Below, piece after piece: positions 23,451 to 35,193 of a stretch of DNA of 64,000 bases (the first letter of the stretch is position 1; each line of letters begins with the position of its first letter). This DNA comes from Azolla caroliniana (lineage: Eukaryota > Plantae > Polypodiophyta), in NCBI GenBank assembly GCA_043228905.1, contig JBHGNT010000021.1, forward strand, positions 8,494,001 through 8,558,000, in the 5' to 3' direction. Below the pieces are notes generated by a model, which worked only from the letters and a program-made list of their open reading frames with translations, made no database searches and was not told where the DNA came from. Both the position numbers and the translations under genes were made by a program.

Positions 23451-26400
23451 ATGGACGATTCGTTGGAGGCATGTTCAAGCTCACCGGCTCCAACTATTCA
23501 GTGTGGAAGTCGAAGATGAGGGACATGCTCGTGGTTAAAGATCTTTGGTTGCCGGTTCAGTTTGGGGACAAGAGACCGGACAAAATCGATGCCATGATAT
23601 GGGAGGTGATGCACATGAAGACAACGACGTACATACGGTGCTTCATCGACATGAGTCTATACAACAACTTCAATGAAGAGAGCAAGGCTCATGAGCTCTA
23701 GAGAAGATCAACATTATGTTTCAGAACAAAAATGCCGTTAATCAGGTTTCGGTATTTCGGAAGCTAGTAAGACTCCAGTACCAAGATAGCTCCAGTATGG
23801 AGGAGCACATGAATGCCTTCCAGGGGCAGATCTACCAGGCAACATCATTGGAAGTACCTCTCGCCGATGAGGTACTAGCACTACTCCTGCTCGGTTCCCT
23901 CCTAGATAACTGGGAGACGTTGGTTGTCACTTTGGGCAATGCCGGGCCGGAAGGGAAATGGTTATCCCTAACAAGAGTGAAGTCGAGCTTGCTAGATGAA
24001 GAGGCGCGTCGGAAAGATAAGGATACGAGCTCTGACTCCAAAGCGCTCCTTACCGAATCAGAATGCGGAAGACAAAGGAACCGTAGTCCCCAAAACCGGG
24101 AGAAGTCAGGGACACAATCAAAGTCAAGGGGAAGGCCTACTTGCTTCTATTGCGGCAAGCCAGGATACTTCCAGAAAAACTATCGGCATTTCCGAAAAGA
24201 CAAGGAAACTGATGGTACTGATTCGAAGCGAACATCGGACCAGAACGGTAAAGATCGGAGGGGAATGGACCGGAAGGGAACGACGGCAATCACGGCAAGT
24301 GAAGAAGAGTTGATGCTCATCACTGAGGAGAGTGAGCTAAACCTTGCCAGCGACGAGGTGACCTGGGTGGTCGATTCCGGAGCGTCGTTCCACCTTACCC
24401 CGAACCGGAAATGCTTCTCATCCTACTCAGCCGGTGAACACGGTTGTATCCGAATGGGGAATGAAGGTACATGCCGAATTGTCGGCATAGGAGACGTGGG
24501 GTTGACAACCCCCACTGGATGCAAGCTGCTGCTAAAGGATGTCCGACATGTTCCGGAGGTTCGACTGAACCTGATATCAGTCGGTCCGCTGGATGATGAA
24601 GGCTACACGGGTAACATCCAGAATGGAGTCATGAAGTTCAGCAAAGGGAGCCTGATTGTGGCTCGGGCCTGGAAGGTCAACACGTTGTACATGATGAATG
24701 CCCGGTTATGCCCGGAAGAAGTGAACGTGGCTTCCGACACTGCCGGTGAGCTGTGGCACAAGAGGTTGTGTCACATGAGCGAGAAGGGGATGAAGAGGCT
24801 TGCAAACGACAACCTCATTCTAGTGAAGAACGTGCACTTGGAGAAGTGCACTCATTGTCTGGCCGGTAAACAAAACTGGACCTCCTTCCGACCAAGGCCA
24901 CCGATGAGACGTAATGCACCACTAGAGTTGGTGCATACTAATGTGTGTCAAGTGGACACGAAGTCACATGCAGGATCGCAGTACTTCGTGACGTTCATAG
25001 ATGACCACAACCGGAAGCTGTGGGCCACACTGTTGAAGACGAAGGATCAGGTGCTATCCATCTTCAAAGAGCTCCATGCGAGAGTGGAAAGAGAAACCGG
25101 CCGGAAGCTGAAGGCGGTTCAAGCAGATAATGGAGGTGAATACCGGGGGCAGTTCGAGGAGTACTGCCGCTCGAAGGGAATCCGACTCGAATTTACCGTG
25201 CCGAAGACGCCATAACTAAACGGGTTGGCCGAGAGGATGAACCGGACCATAATGGAGAGGGTCCGGAGTATGCTGGCGCATGCAAAATTACCCAAGAAGT
25301 TTTGGGCTAAAGCACTGTCGACGGCGATATATGTGATAAACAGATCACCCTCAGTACCCTTGGACGGAGACACGCCACAGAGAGTCTGGACCGGTAAGGA
25401 AGTGTCCTACCGGCATCTGAAGGTATTCGGGTGTCTTGCGTACATGCATGTAGCTAAGGACCGGAGAGGAAAGTTAGATCTGAAGACCCGACCATGCATA
25501 TTCCTTGGTTATGGTGACGATGAGTTCAGCTACTGAGTGTGGGACCCGGTTGACAAGAAGGTATTCTGGAGTCGAGATATTATCTTCATGGAGGACAAGA
25601 CGCTCGCCGACTGGGAGTTGGAGAAGAAGATAATGAACTCCAAGTCGACCGGTAAGGATCGATTCTACGATGAGCAGACCCAACCTGCAAGAGACCGGTT
25701 TGCACTCGATGAACCGGCCGGTGACGGTAAGGAGACAAGACAGGCCGAAGAAGAAGAGGAAGCTTAAATCGGAACCCGTCAAGACCCCGAATCGGATTCG
25801 GATGAAGAACAAATAGAGGAGCCAGTTACTAAAGCCCAAATGCGGAGATATCCTCTCAGAGAGAGAAGGCCCCCCTGGAGATTTCTGGATGCAGAGCATG
25901 TCCTGCTAACCGATGAGGGGGAGCTAGAAAGTTTCGAGGAAGCTAAAAGTGACGCCCAAGCTGCAAATGGTTAAGTGCCATGCAGGATGAGATGGATTCC
26001 CTGCATGAGAACCATACGTACGAATTGGTGGAGTTGCCGAAAGGATAGCGGGCACTCCGAAACAAGTGGGTGTACAAGTTGAAACTGGGAGACGCCGGCA
26101 ACCCCCCGAGATACAAAGCCAGGATCGTGGTGAAGGGGTTCCAGCAAAAGAAGGGCGTGGACTTCGACGAGATATTTGCCCCGGTAGTAAAGATGACCTC
26201 CATCCGGACGGTGTTGAGTATAGCGGCAACATGGACCTCGACGTAGAGCAGCTGGACGTGAAGACAACATTCCTTCACGGTGACCTCAAAGAGGAGATCT
26301 ACATGCAACAACCAGAAGGATTCGTGGAGAAAGGGAAGGAGCACCTGGTTTGCTGGTTGAAGAAGAGCCTGTATGGACTGAAGCAAGCTCCCCAACAATG

Positions 26401-27489
26401 GTACCGAAAGTTCGACTCCTTCATGACCGATCAAGGGTACCACAAGACGCAGGCCGATCACTGCGTGTTTGTGAAGAAGTTCGAAGGAGGCAACTTCCTG
26501 ATACTTCTTCTGTACGTGGACGACATGTTGATTGTCGGACGAGACCAAGCCAAAATTCGGATGCTGAAGAAGGCTCTCAACCGAACTTTCTCAATGAAAG
26601 ACTTGGGTTTGGCAAGACAAATGTTGGGGATGTATATCATCCGGGACCGGCCAAAGAAGCAATTGTGGTTGTCACAGGAGAAGTACGTGACAAAGGTGCA
26701 TCAGCGGTTCAACATGTCAGACGCGAAACCGGTCGGATTGACACTTTCGGCAAACTGCAGATTACCGGTAAGCAAAGCCCGAAGACGAAAGCAGAGAAGG
26801 CGGATATAATGAAGGTTCCATATGCCTCTGCCGTCGGGAGCTTAATGTACGCAATGGTGTGTACTCGACCAGATATTGGATACGCAGTCGGAGTGGTGAG
26901 CTGGTTTATGAGCAATCCCGGCAAGGAGCACTGGAACGCGATCAAATGGATACTCCGGTACTTGAAGGGCACTTCGAATATGTGTCTTCGATTCGGCTCC
27001 GGTAAACCCCAGCTTGACAGTTTTACCGATTCGGATATGTCTACTGATGTGGATACCAGCCGGTCTACATCCGGGTATGTAATGACATATGCAGGGGGAG
27101 CTGTTTCGTGGCAGTTGAGGCTGCAGAAGACGGTTGCGTTGTCACCCACGGAGGTGGAGTACATGGCGGCTGTTAAAGCCGGCAAGGAAATATTATGGAT
27201 GAAGGACTTCATCGGTGACCTCGGTATACGACAAGATGAATATCGGCTTTATTGCGACAGTCAAAGTGCCATCCACCTTGCTAAGAACGCAACGTACCAT
27301 TCCAGGACGAAGCATATCCAACATAGGTATCATTGGATTCGGGAGCGAGTAGAAGATCGAGAGTTCGCGCTCATGAAGATCCACACGGCCGAGAACGGGT
27401 CAGATATGTTGACCAAAGTACTGATACCCGACAAGCTGGATGCATGTCGGAAGCGGATCGGACTAGTAAGACATCCCATGCCAGAGTGA
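23451..27489 (+). pseudogene. Copia gag-pol, disrupted
   Basis: Gag (KLTGSNYSVWKSKM), degenerate knuckle CFYCGKPGY, protease WVVDSGAS, GAG-pre-integrase LWHKRLCH, IN core, RT LLYVDDML, RNase H CDSQSAI; several stops and frameshifts across ORFs 23360, 23716, 25225, 26066 and 26350. Confidence 0.93.
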
Positions 27490-27499
27490 AGGGGGGGTT

Positions 27500-27814
27500 T
27501 GTTAGGAAACAGATTCCTCTGGATGGGATAGGAGTACCCGGTGAGAACCGGATGATGAGTACCCGGCAAGAGCCGGATGGTGAAGACTTGGTGAGAACCT
27601 GATGACGAGTGCCCGACAAGAGCCGAATGATGCAGGCCCGGTGAGGAGTGCTCACCGGATGAAGGGACATATTCGTAAATATGTTTCTGAGAGTCCATTG
27701 GGACTATATTTGTAAATAGCCGAAAAGTCATATTAGTATAAATATGACTTAGGGCAAATTTAGAGTGAGAGGTGTGTGATTATCGTTGTTGCGATAATTC
27801 TGTGCGTAACTTTG

Positions 27815-27856
<42 letters not shown>

Positions 27857-28126
27857 GAGGTCGTTGCCTTTGTTGTAACCGCCGCTTGTGGCGAAGATAG
27901 CAAGCTCGAGGTTGTTGCCTCGGTGCTTTACTATTGTACATTGTGATATAGTGATAGTTTGTTGTGTGTGGGCTGCCGTGGTTTTTCCCTAGTTTGGGTT
28001 TTTCCACGTAAACATCCTGTGTACTCTTCTCTTTACTGTGTCGTGCATCAATTACCCGTTTTTCTGTGTTTGATCCTAGACTCGGTTGTGGACGAGCGTT
28101 GTTTTGGAGAGCGTGTAGTCCTTTCA
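27500..28126 (+). repeat. Copia 3' LTR (627 bp) with uninterrupted (GA)n tract; PPT at 27488-27497
   Basis: TGTTAGG...CTTTCA preceded by GAAGGGGGGG. Confidence 0.95.
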
Positions 28127-29570
28127 AGTTTATTACAATATAATAGATTCTTTTATAAAATAAGAATAAATTCTACAATGGGTTTGATATGAATATGAGA
28201 AATAATTTATAAAGGAAGGGGGAAGAGAGGTGGAGGAAAGAAGAGAGTGGAATATAGAAGAAGGTGATTCTTTGTTGATGATGCATCTTGATGTTGTTAA
28301 TCCTTCTTCTTTTGCCTTCCAATTGAGTAGAGCTTCCGCGTTCCATCTCCCTCCCCCCCGTCTTCACTAGAATAGGTTCTTATTTATAGGTTTAGGATTG
28401 TTTGCCTTTTCCCCCCTAAAAAAAAGCTTTTCTATATGAGTCAACTTTTCTTTTCCTCACTATTTCTGTTTTCTAGCCCCAAATTTCCCATGCAAGATAT
28501 TCTTGGAAAGCTCTTTGGGTTAGCTTTCTTATGCATCTTTGTTTTTCTAATTTCGACATCTGAAGAGGAAATTATGAGCTTTTTTCTTTACTGTGCTCCT
28601 CATATCCACACGTGTTTTTTTTTCTCTACTTTTGTCTACTTTTGAAAACCGCCTCTAACTTAATATTCATCATTATTTATTGTAAGGTTCAATCCTTTGA
28701 CCTTTTATTTATAAGGAATTATCTTTGGCAAAATGAAAAAGTATTTTTGCTACCAATAAAGTTGACTTCATAATACTAGTTTATTTAAACTACTATTTTG
28801 CTTCTTTTCGAGGGTGGTTTCAAACTATGTGTTAGAAACATCACGACAACGTGTCAGTTGGTAAGTCTGTTAGTCTCTCTCTCTCTCTCTCTCTTGTCAC
28901 AAAGTTGTCAGTCGGACAATGACAAAAAGTTTCTATTGCACATATTACCTATCTCTCTCTTTCTCTCTTGCTCTCTCTCACTCCACCTTTGATTCTTTGT
29001 TTCCCGTGTTGTTCTTGCTTTTCCCCCTTTGTGCTCGTTGTTCTTGTTGTTTCCCTATGTTCTTTGAACTCTGTATATGTAGAGATTGTTGTTTCCCCTT
29101 TGTGCTCGTTGTTCCTGCTGTTTCCCTACGTTCTCTTAACTCTGTATATGCAGAGATTGCTCTGCAGCCAACATGCATCCTCTGCGTTGTTGTATTGCCT
29201 ATTGTGAACTCCTCTGTAGTGATTGAGCAACGAGATTTTTTTTCTCCTCTGCACGACCTCGTCAACGACCTCTTGCATATAGGTGATTTCCTCGGCTTGG
29301 TGTGCTCCCAAGGTGAAGAAATCAACGCGGTGTGGTACCACTGCCTTGACCTTGGCTCGCATCATTCCATCTGCAACTTGTACGACCTCCAGGTATTCAC
29401 TGTGCCGCATTTACGGTATGTTTTGATTTTTCATATTCTCTATTTTGCATGTCCAACTGTTTTGATTTTTTGTATTCTCTATGTGTCAGGAATAGTACTA
29501 AAGCAAAGAGAGAATTAGTACTAAAGAAGAGAAGTACTATTAGTACTAAGAGGACGGGACTGCGTAAGAT

Positions 29571-29613
<43 letters not shown>

Positions 29614-29861
29614 CGAGGATGAGAGAGAGAGATGATGATGATAACAACTAATATATTATGTGAAGGATAATTACAAAATGGCGAAGAGGCTTAAGACTGG
29701 CGTTGAACCAATTTGGTGCAACATAATGCCTAGTGCCTTCTTTTATAGTGTTCTCAGGAGTAATCCTAAAGCTTCTAGAATGTTCCAGAGAAATCTGGAA
29801 TATACATTAATTTCCTATAATAAAACTTAAATGAAAATAATATGCTACGTATTACAATAGA

Positions 29862-29916
29862 TGGTATAATGGTCAAGAGCTCGAGCCATATAACATAAGG
29901 TCATGGGTTCGAGTCT
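29862..29916 (+). promoter_or_regulatory. tRNA-like A-box/B-box module at the U3 tip of the Tcn1 LTR (also ~42061-42115, and inverted at ~59455-59510)
   Basis: TGGTATAATGG at 29862 and GGTTCGAGTC at 29906; T8 to G53 spacing of 45 nt. Confidence 0.65.
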
Positions 29917-29998
29917 TGCCATATCATGACACTATCCCCCCCTTAAGATGACGAGTGGAACGAGTCGACGCTGATTGAGGACCGGCTTTGTCGGGATA

Positions 29999-31471
29999 CT
30001 ATTGGTGAAATTCAGCAAGAAGAGCATTGACGACATGCTCGACGGGCTCCCAAGTACGTTCGCTCGGAGTATAGCCAAGCCAATCAACCAAATAATAAAG
30101 TTTGTTGCGAACAAATTTGGAGTCGAGGATGGCAACAACTTCATACACCGGGCCGACGTCTAACTCAAGTGGGGGCGGCGGTGGTGTAACTCGATCAAGA
30201 ATAGGGTTTGCGTTATAAGGTTCAAGAAGAGAACTATGGAAGACCGGATGTATCCGAAGATGTGGAGGAAGATCAAGGAGGAACGTGACATCATTAATCT
30301 TACTGGTAATACGGAAAGGACCGAATCGTCGATAATCCAACTTGTCGCACGGTCGAGTAGTCTTGATGTGACAACGTAAAAGCCATACTCGATGACGATC
30401 CGCATAAGTCTTCTGTGTCTGTTGAGCATGACGAAGATGAGTAGAGAGATCCATCTGGATCTTGCGTAGTCTCTCCAAATGATCCTCGGCACGAGGATTG
30501 GTAGGTAGCTCTGGGGTGTCGATCACCGACCAGCGAGGATGAGAACCGGTATAAGCGTAGAATGGGGAGACTCGAGTCGAGGAGTGAACAACATTATTAT
30601 ACGCAAACTCTGCAAAGTGGAGGAAATGGGCCCAATCGTCCTGTTGATAACTTAGGAAACACCGAAGATATTGCTCCAGCGTTTGGTTTGTTCGTTCCGC
30701 CTTCCCATCGGTCTGAGGATGGTAGCCGGCGGAGAGGTTGCAAGAGACCTTGAGCATCTTGAAGAGATGCTGCCAAAATTTGGAGACGAATTGCGGTCCT
30801 CAGTCACTAATGATACTATCTGGGAGGCCATGATGCTGAAATACCTCACGGATGACAAGGGCGGTGGTGTCCTCGCTAGTGATGGCCTTAATACATGGCA
30901 CAAAATGTGGCATCTTCGTATATCGATCGACGACGGTTAAGATAGCATCGAACCCCTTTGAGACCGGTAGATTTGTGATAAAGTCAAGACAAATAGACTG
31001 CCACGGCTTACTTGGAATCGGTAAGGGTTCCAACCAGCCGTATGGATGGTGTCGTGGCATCTTTGCTCGGCAACAAGCATCACATGTCCGAACGTAGTCG
31101 TCGACAAAACGTCGCATATGGGGCCACCAAAAGGATCGTTGAACTAGATCCAATGTCTTAGTGCTACCGAAATGTCCCGCCATATGGGTGTCGTGACAAC
31201 TTTGGACGATTTGAGGGCGACAAGAGCAATCGGGGACATATACAAGCTTTTTAAAGAATAACAAACCATCATGATATTCGAATTGTCGGTAGTCCATACC
31301 TGGTTGTTGAGACTGGGAACAGGATGCCCGAGAGCTATCAATGTGCGCCAGAATGTCTTGAGCAAATTTGTCCGTCTTCAAGTTTGCACGTATGGTGTCA
31401 GTAATCTGGGAATCTATTGGGGTGTGAAAAATCTGCATTGTGTGCAATCGTGTTGGTCCCAAGATTACTTG
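29999..31471 (-). pseudogene. Tcn1 integrase plus chromodomain
   Basis: CHD..AGHFG..CDAC, ICLDFI, IISD, ERTNQTLEQYLR, GPF, IHPVFH, YLVDWLGY...TWEP. Confidence 0.9.
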
Positions 31472-31910
31472 CTTTTTGTTAACTCTTAGGGCCGGACAAT
31501 GGCCTAACACAGGGTGTCTACGGAAGACACTTCACCAAAGGGTGTTACGGCAACAAGATTAGACTCAACGATTAATCCGACTTAATTAGGTTACTTAGCA
31601 TGATCGTCTTTAATAATCACACGCGTAAGATATAACAATGAATGCAGAACGGCAATTAACACAGAGAGATAACAACACTAAGCTTTATTAATTAACCGCT
31701 ATTCATTACATTGTATCCAGGCCTTTAAATAGGTTTCCGGTCTGTATTACAGAACGGTGCCATCCGCACTTGTTCGGGATCGGTTCGGATCCGGAACGGC
31801 ATACCGATTCTGGTCCGTCCGTCCACACTCGTAGCTTACTTACAACCATTCCTACTAATTAAATAACTCCCCGTTTCACACTCTGGACTCCTTTGCCGGC
31901 CGGTAACACA

Positions 31911-31927
31911 TGGCATGCTCGTGGGAC
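31911..31927 (+). promoter_or_regulatory. Inverted PBS-like site TGGCATGCTCGTGGGAC at the PPT position of element E
   Basis: 2 nt from the 3' LTR; no purine tract on the sense strand; homologous site at 43999-44013. Confidence 0.7.
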
Positions 31928-31962
31928 AGTACCTTGTACGTCGAATCCACAACCGACCCTTG

Positions 31963-34713
31963 CTATTCTTCGTCCAAAATATCCAGAATGCTTCGTTCGA
32001 GAGTCTCCAATGGTTCATCTGGAATTGGTTGTTGTTGCTGCTGCTCTGTTGATGTCTGCTGCGACGGGTCCGTTGGTGGCTGCTGCGACTGCTTCTCCGT
32101 TTGTTGCTCTGACACCGGCGTCTCCGTCGTAGTGGTCTCCGGTTGACTGGTTCCGGGCTGGCCCTCGGCCGGCGACGGTTCCTCATCACTAAGGTTAACC
32201 GTTGCCGCTTCCCGAACTCGGGACCGCTCGTAGCTTTCAAACTGGATTTGAGCGTCCAACCAATCATCGTCTAGCTGAGCTACGAGTTGTCGGACCTGCG
32301 CCAGCTGTTCATCCGCCAAGACTTGGAAGTCGTCGGCCAGCTCGTCCCGTATGGCGGTGAAGTCCTCGGAAGTCAACGTATAACAATCATCTCCTTCCTT
32401 CCGCCGGTTTGCCACGTCTGCCCGTAGCAATTGGAGGTCTGCCGCGTTTTGTGCCCACTTTGTCCACCATCTTACGGAGCTTTCGTCAATCAAGTGTTTT
32501 GTTTGATTCAACCATGCCCGAAGAATGGACTGAATCCGGCCCGTTCCCAATTGCGATTTGGTTTCCACCGCTTGTCGTTCCTCCTTCATTTGCTTGATGA
32601 TTTTGACGTTGTCTTCCGCCTGCTCCCTGTAATGCGTCAATTGCCTTTGATATGTGCTTTGTAATTTCTGCAATACCGTTGACGCTCTCTCCTTTTCTTC
32701 CTGCTGCTGCCTCTGGAGCTCCATCCGGACCTTCTCCACCTCGTCCAAGCGTCTTGTATTTTCTGCACGTTCGTCGGCGATCGCCGTCGCGGCCCGATCA
32801 ACTTCCTGCTGGAGCTCGACCATCCGTTCCTTATGCTCCGTTTCCAGCCGTTTGTAGTCCCGGTGCAGGTGCTCAAAATCATCTGTCTTTTGCTTGAGCC
32901 GTGCGTTGATTTGTCGACGGGCCTGGTCCTCGCGGTCCTTCTGCTGGTGGAGCTCTTCCTTTAGCCGTTCAATTTCCGTTTCCGCCGTCTTCCGCAGCTT
33001 GTCCTTTTCCTGCAGCACTTTGTCTTTTTCCTCCCTTAGCCGGTCGTACGCTTGATGGCCTTTCCGGAGGCTCTCCTCTGCCCGGCGGAGGTTCTTAGTA
33101 GTATTCTTTAATTCGGCTTCGACTGCTGTCTTCAATTCCCGTTCACGGCTCCTTAGCGCTTCTTGTGCGGCAAGTTCATCTCTCAATTCCGCAAGCTCCT
33201 GGGCTTGCGCCGCATCTCTTGCCGGAACGGTTTCCGTTGCCGGGGTCTTATTGGTATGTACAGGTCGATCCGTTTCTTTATTCTGTACACTTATCGGAGT
33301 CACCGGTGATTGGATCTGTGTTGCCATTAAGGCCATTTTGGCCATCTCTGTCGTGACCTGATCCAAGTCTTTTTCAAGGCACCGGATTCTGGACCGGGCC
33401 GTCTCTAGTTGTTCGGTTATGACGAGCAACCGTTCGCTTTGCGCTCTTTCTTCTGCCTCAATATACCCCACTGCTCCGACTATCTGTTCGCCTATCCACT
33501 GGAGCCACAGGCTACCGGTGCATTGTTGTGCTTGCACGGAGGTTTGACAGATGGGCTCACTTGTAGATGGGTGGTCCCATCTGGTTGCGCCGAGTTGCAA
33601 TTCCGTTTTTGCCCGTGGACCACCCTGCTGTCCTGGTTCCCCTTGCGCTTCTTCTTGGTTGGCCGAGGGAGGCTGCATTGACCTTTCCGGCTCTGGCGGG
33701 ATGGGACTTGGCGGTGTTGCCGGTGGTGCCGGGGCTTCTGATTCCGGTGCCATGCGCACCGGTTCTGGTTCCTCCCTTGGCGTGGGAGTCTTAGTATGGG
33801 GAGCCGGTGTTCCCTCCGTCTGAGGGTCCGAACGTTTCCCGGCTGCCTCAACGGTCCTTGCCGACGACCGTCGCTGGAGGTGCTCCGTAGGCTCCTCCTC
33901 TATTTCCTCTTCCTGAGTCCCGGCATTGAGTTTTGCCACCAAGGGGTCCGCTTCTCTATTCACCGGTCGGCGGAGTGTAACCTTTACGGGCCGTGCCGGT
34001 GGTTCCTCCTGCGCATCCGTTGGCCGCTTCCGGATGCCGCTCTCCTTTCCCTCCTGTTCTGCGTCCGCCGCCTTCCCCTTAGTGGCCTCAGAGACCAACA
34101 ACTGTTGTCGTTTGGAAGCCGTCTTTGGGGTGCCGTCCGCCACTCTTCCTCGCTTCTTGGGCTGGACGGGCTGGACGGGTGGCACAAGCAAGGTGAGCCA
34201 CTGCGTTACGGCGTGCCATATCCTCCGTCCGTCTCGGCTTTCTTTGCCGTCTTTGCCTCTGACGATCTCAATCGCCGCAGACAACCCGTCTGCGATCAAT
34301 ACCGGCCAATCCACCTTGATCCCTTCATAGGTGGCGATGATCATCCCTGCCCGGTTCTGCGGCATGACTGGGGGTCTAGGGTACACATGGCCGTATTCGT
34401 GGAGCACACGAGCAATCTCGCGGAACAACATATCTCCGCCGCCCTGTGTCCGGTAGCCCTTGCTGGCTAGGGAGTACTCACCAAAATACCTGATGAGTTG
34501 CTCCGGGGTCGGATTGTCAATCGTGAGTATGCCTCCCTCTGGGAGGCCTGTTAACGCTCGAATCGCCTCCGCCGTTATGACCTCTGTGTCGATTTCTTTG
34601 ATCACCTTGTCGGCTTCTTTGTGTGGTGGTACTTCCGTCATCATCAAGAAGCCCTCGAGCCCATGTTGCTTTAGCCATGTCTTGGCGGCTTCCGACAGCG
34701 TTTGCGGGTCCAT
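31963..34713 (-). CDS. Element E extra ORF3, 916 aa: globular N-terminal domain, Pro/Glu-rich linker, long coiled coil; function unknown
   Basis: Uninterrupted ATG-initiated ORF ending ~55 nt before the 3' LTR; N-terminal domain homologous to ORF 46104-46562 of element F. Confidence 0.85.
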   Translation of the reverse strand: MDPQTLSEAAKTWLKQHGLEGFLMMTEVPPHKEADKVIKEIDTEVITAEAIRALTGLPEGGILTIDNPTPEQLIRYFGEYSLASKGYRTQGGGDMLFREIARVLHEYGHVYPRPPVMPQNRAGMIIATYEGIKVDWPVLIADGLSAAIEIVRGKDGKESRDGRRIWHAVTQWLTLLVPPVQPVQPKKRGRVADGTPKTASKRQQLLVSEATKGKAADAEQEGKESGIRKRPTDAQEEPPARPVKVTLRRPVNREADPLVAKLNAGTQEEEIEEEPTEHLQRRSSARTVEAAGKRSDPQTEGTPAPHTKTPTPREEPEPVRMAPESEAPAPPATPPSPIPPEPERSMQPPSANQEEAQGEPGQQGGPRAKTELQLGATRWDHPSTSEPICQTSVQAQQCTGSLWLQWIGEQIVGAVGYIEAEERAQSERLLVITEQLETARSRIRCLEKDLDQVTTEMAKMALMATQIQSPVTPISVQNKETDRPVHTNKTPATETVPARDAAQAQELAELRDELAAQEALRSRERELKTAVEAELKNTTKNLRRAEESLRKGHQAYDRLREEKDKVLQEKDKLRKTAETEIERLKEELHQQKDREDQARRQINARLKQKTDDFEHLHRDYKRLETEHKERMVELQQEVDRAATAIADERAENTRRLDEVEKVRMELQRQQQEEKERASTVLQKLQSTYQRQLTHYREQAEDNVKIIKQMKEERQAVETKSQLGTGRIQSILRAWLNQTKHLIDESSVRWWTKWAQNAADLQLLRADVANRRKEGDDCYTLTSEDFTAIRDELADDFQVLADEQLAQVRQLVAQLDDDWLDAQIQFESYERSRVREAATVNLSDEEPSPAEGQPGTSQPETTTTETPVSEQQTEKQSQQPPTDPSQQTSTEQQQQQPIPDEPLETLERSILDILDEE

Positions 34714-35193
34714 GTCCGTGTCGAGGTCGGATTGCGGTGGCGAGGTTGGATGGTGATGAGAGTGAGATTGAGAGAGAGAGAGTTCAGAAGGCGGGGGTTC
34801 TCTGTGCGTAGGTTCTCATCTGATGTTCTTGCAGCGCCTTGCTGCTTCTGTGCTCCTGGGTTAGCGAAAGTAAAGGGTCTCCACGCGCAGTGCTTTTTCT
34901 CTGTGCATTCTGGCGCCTTTTTCGAGTGTGTGCACGTTGTGTACTAAAATAGCATTATGTCCTGTGGTGGCGCTTTAAATGCCCACTACGTACCTTTTCG
35001 CTCCTCGCTCTTTCATCCATTCATTCCTCGCTTTTGCATGATTACTTCGTTTTTTTTTTCATGATTACTAGTGTGACGTTACTTGTCCGTTGGTCCTCTC
35101 AGACCCTTACTGGCCTCATTCTCCCCAGTTACCGGCTTGCCGTCTCTGCTGTCTTGGTGGTTGCCGTTTCCCTCATCGGTGTCGGTCCTTTGC

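Larger units (their letters stand above)
10868..28126 (+). mobile_element. Full-length Ty1/copia LTR retrotransposon (Tork/Tnt1-Tto1-like) with a LINE and a Gypsy nested in its 5' LTR
   Basis: TG..CA LTRs; TSD AGTTT at 10863-10867 and 28127-28131; iMet PBS; PPT; gag-PR-IN-RT-RH domain order. Confidence 0.95.

Noticed and set aside
29855-29931. Functional tRNA gene in the Tcn1 LTR
   Set aside because: Acceptor and anticodon stems do not pair; kept only as an A/B-box module.
31782-31792. B-box-like GGTTCGGATCC in the element E LTR
   Set aside because: Lacks the invariant A and has no A box at tRNA spacing.
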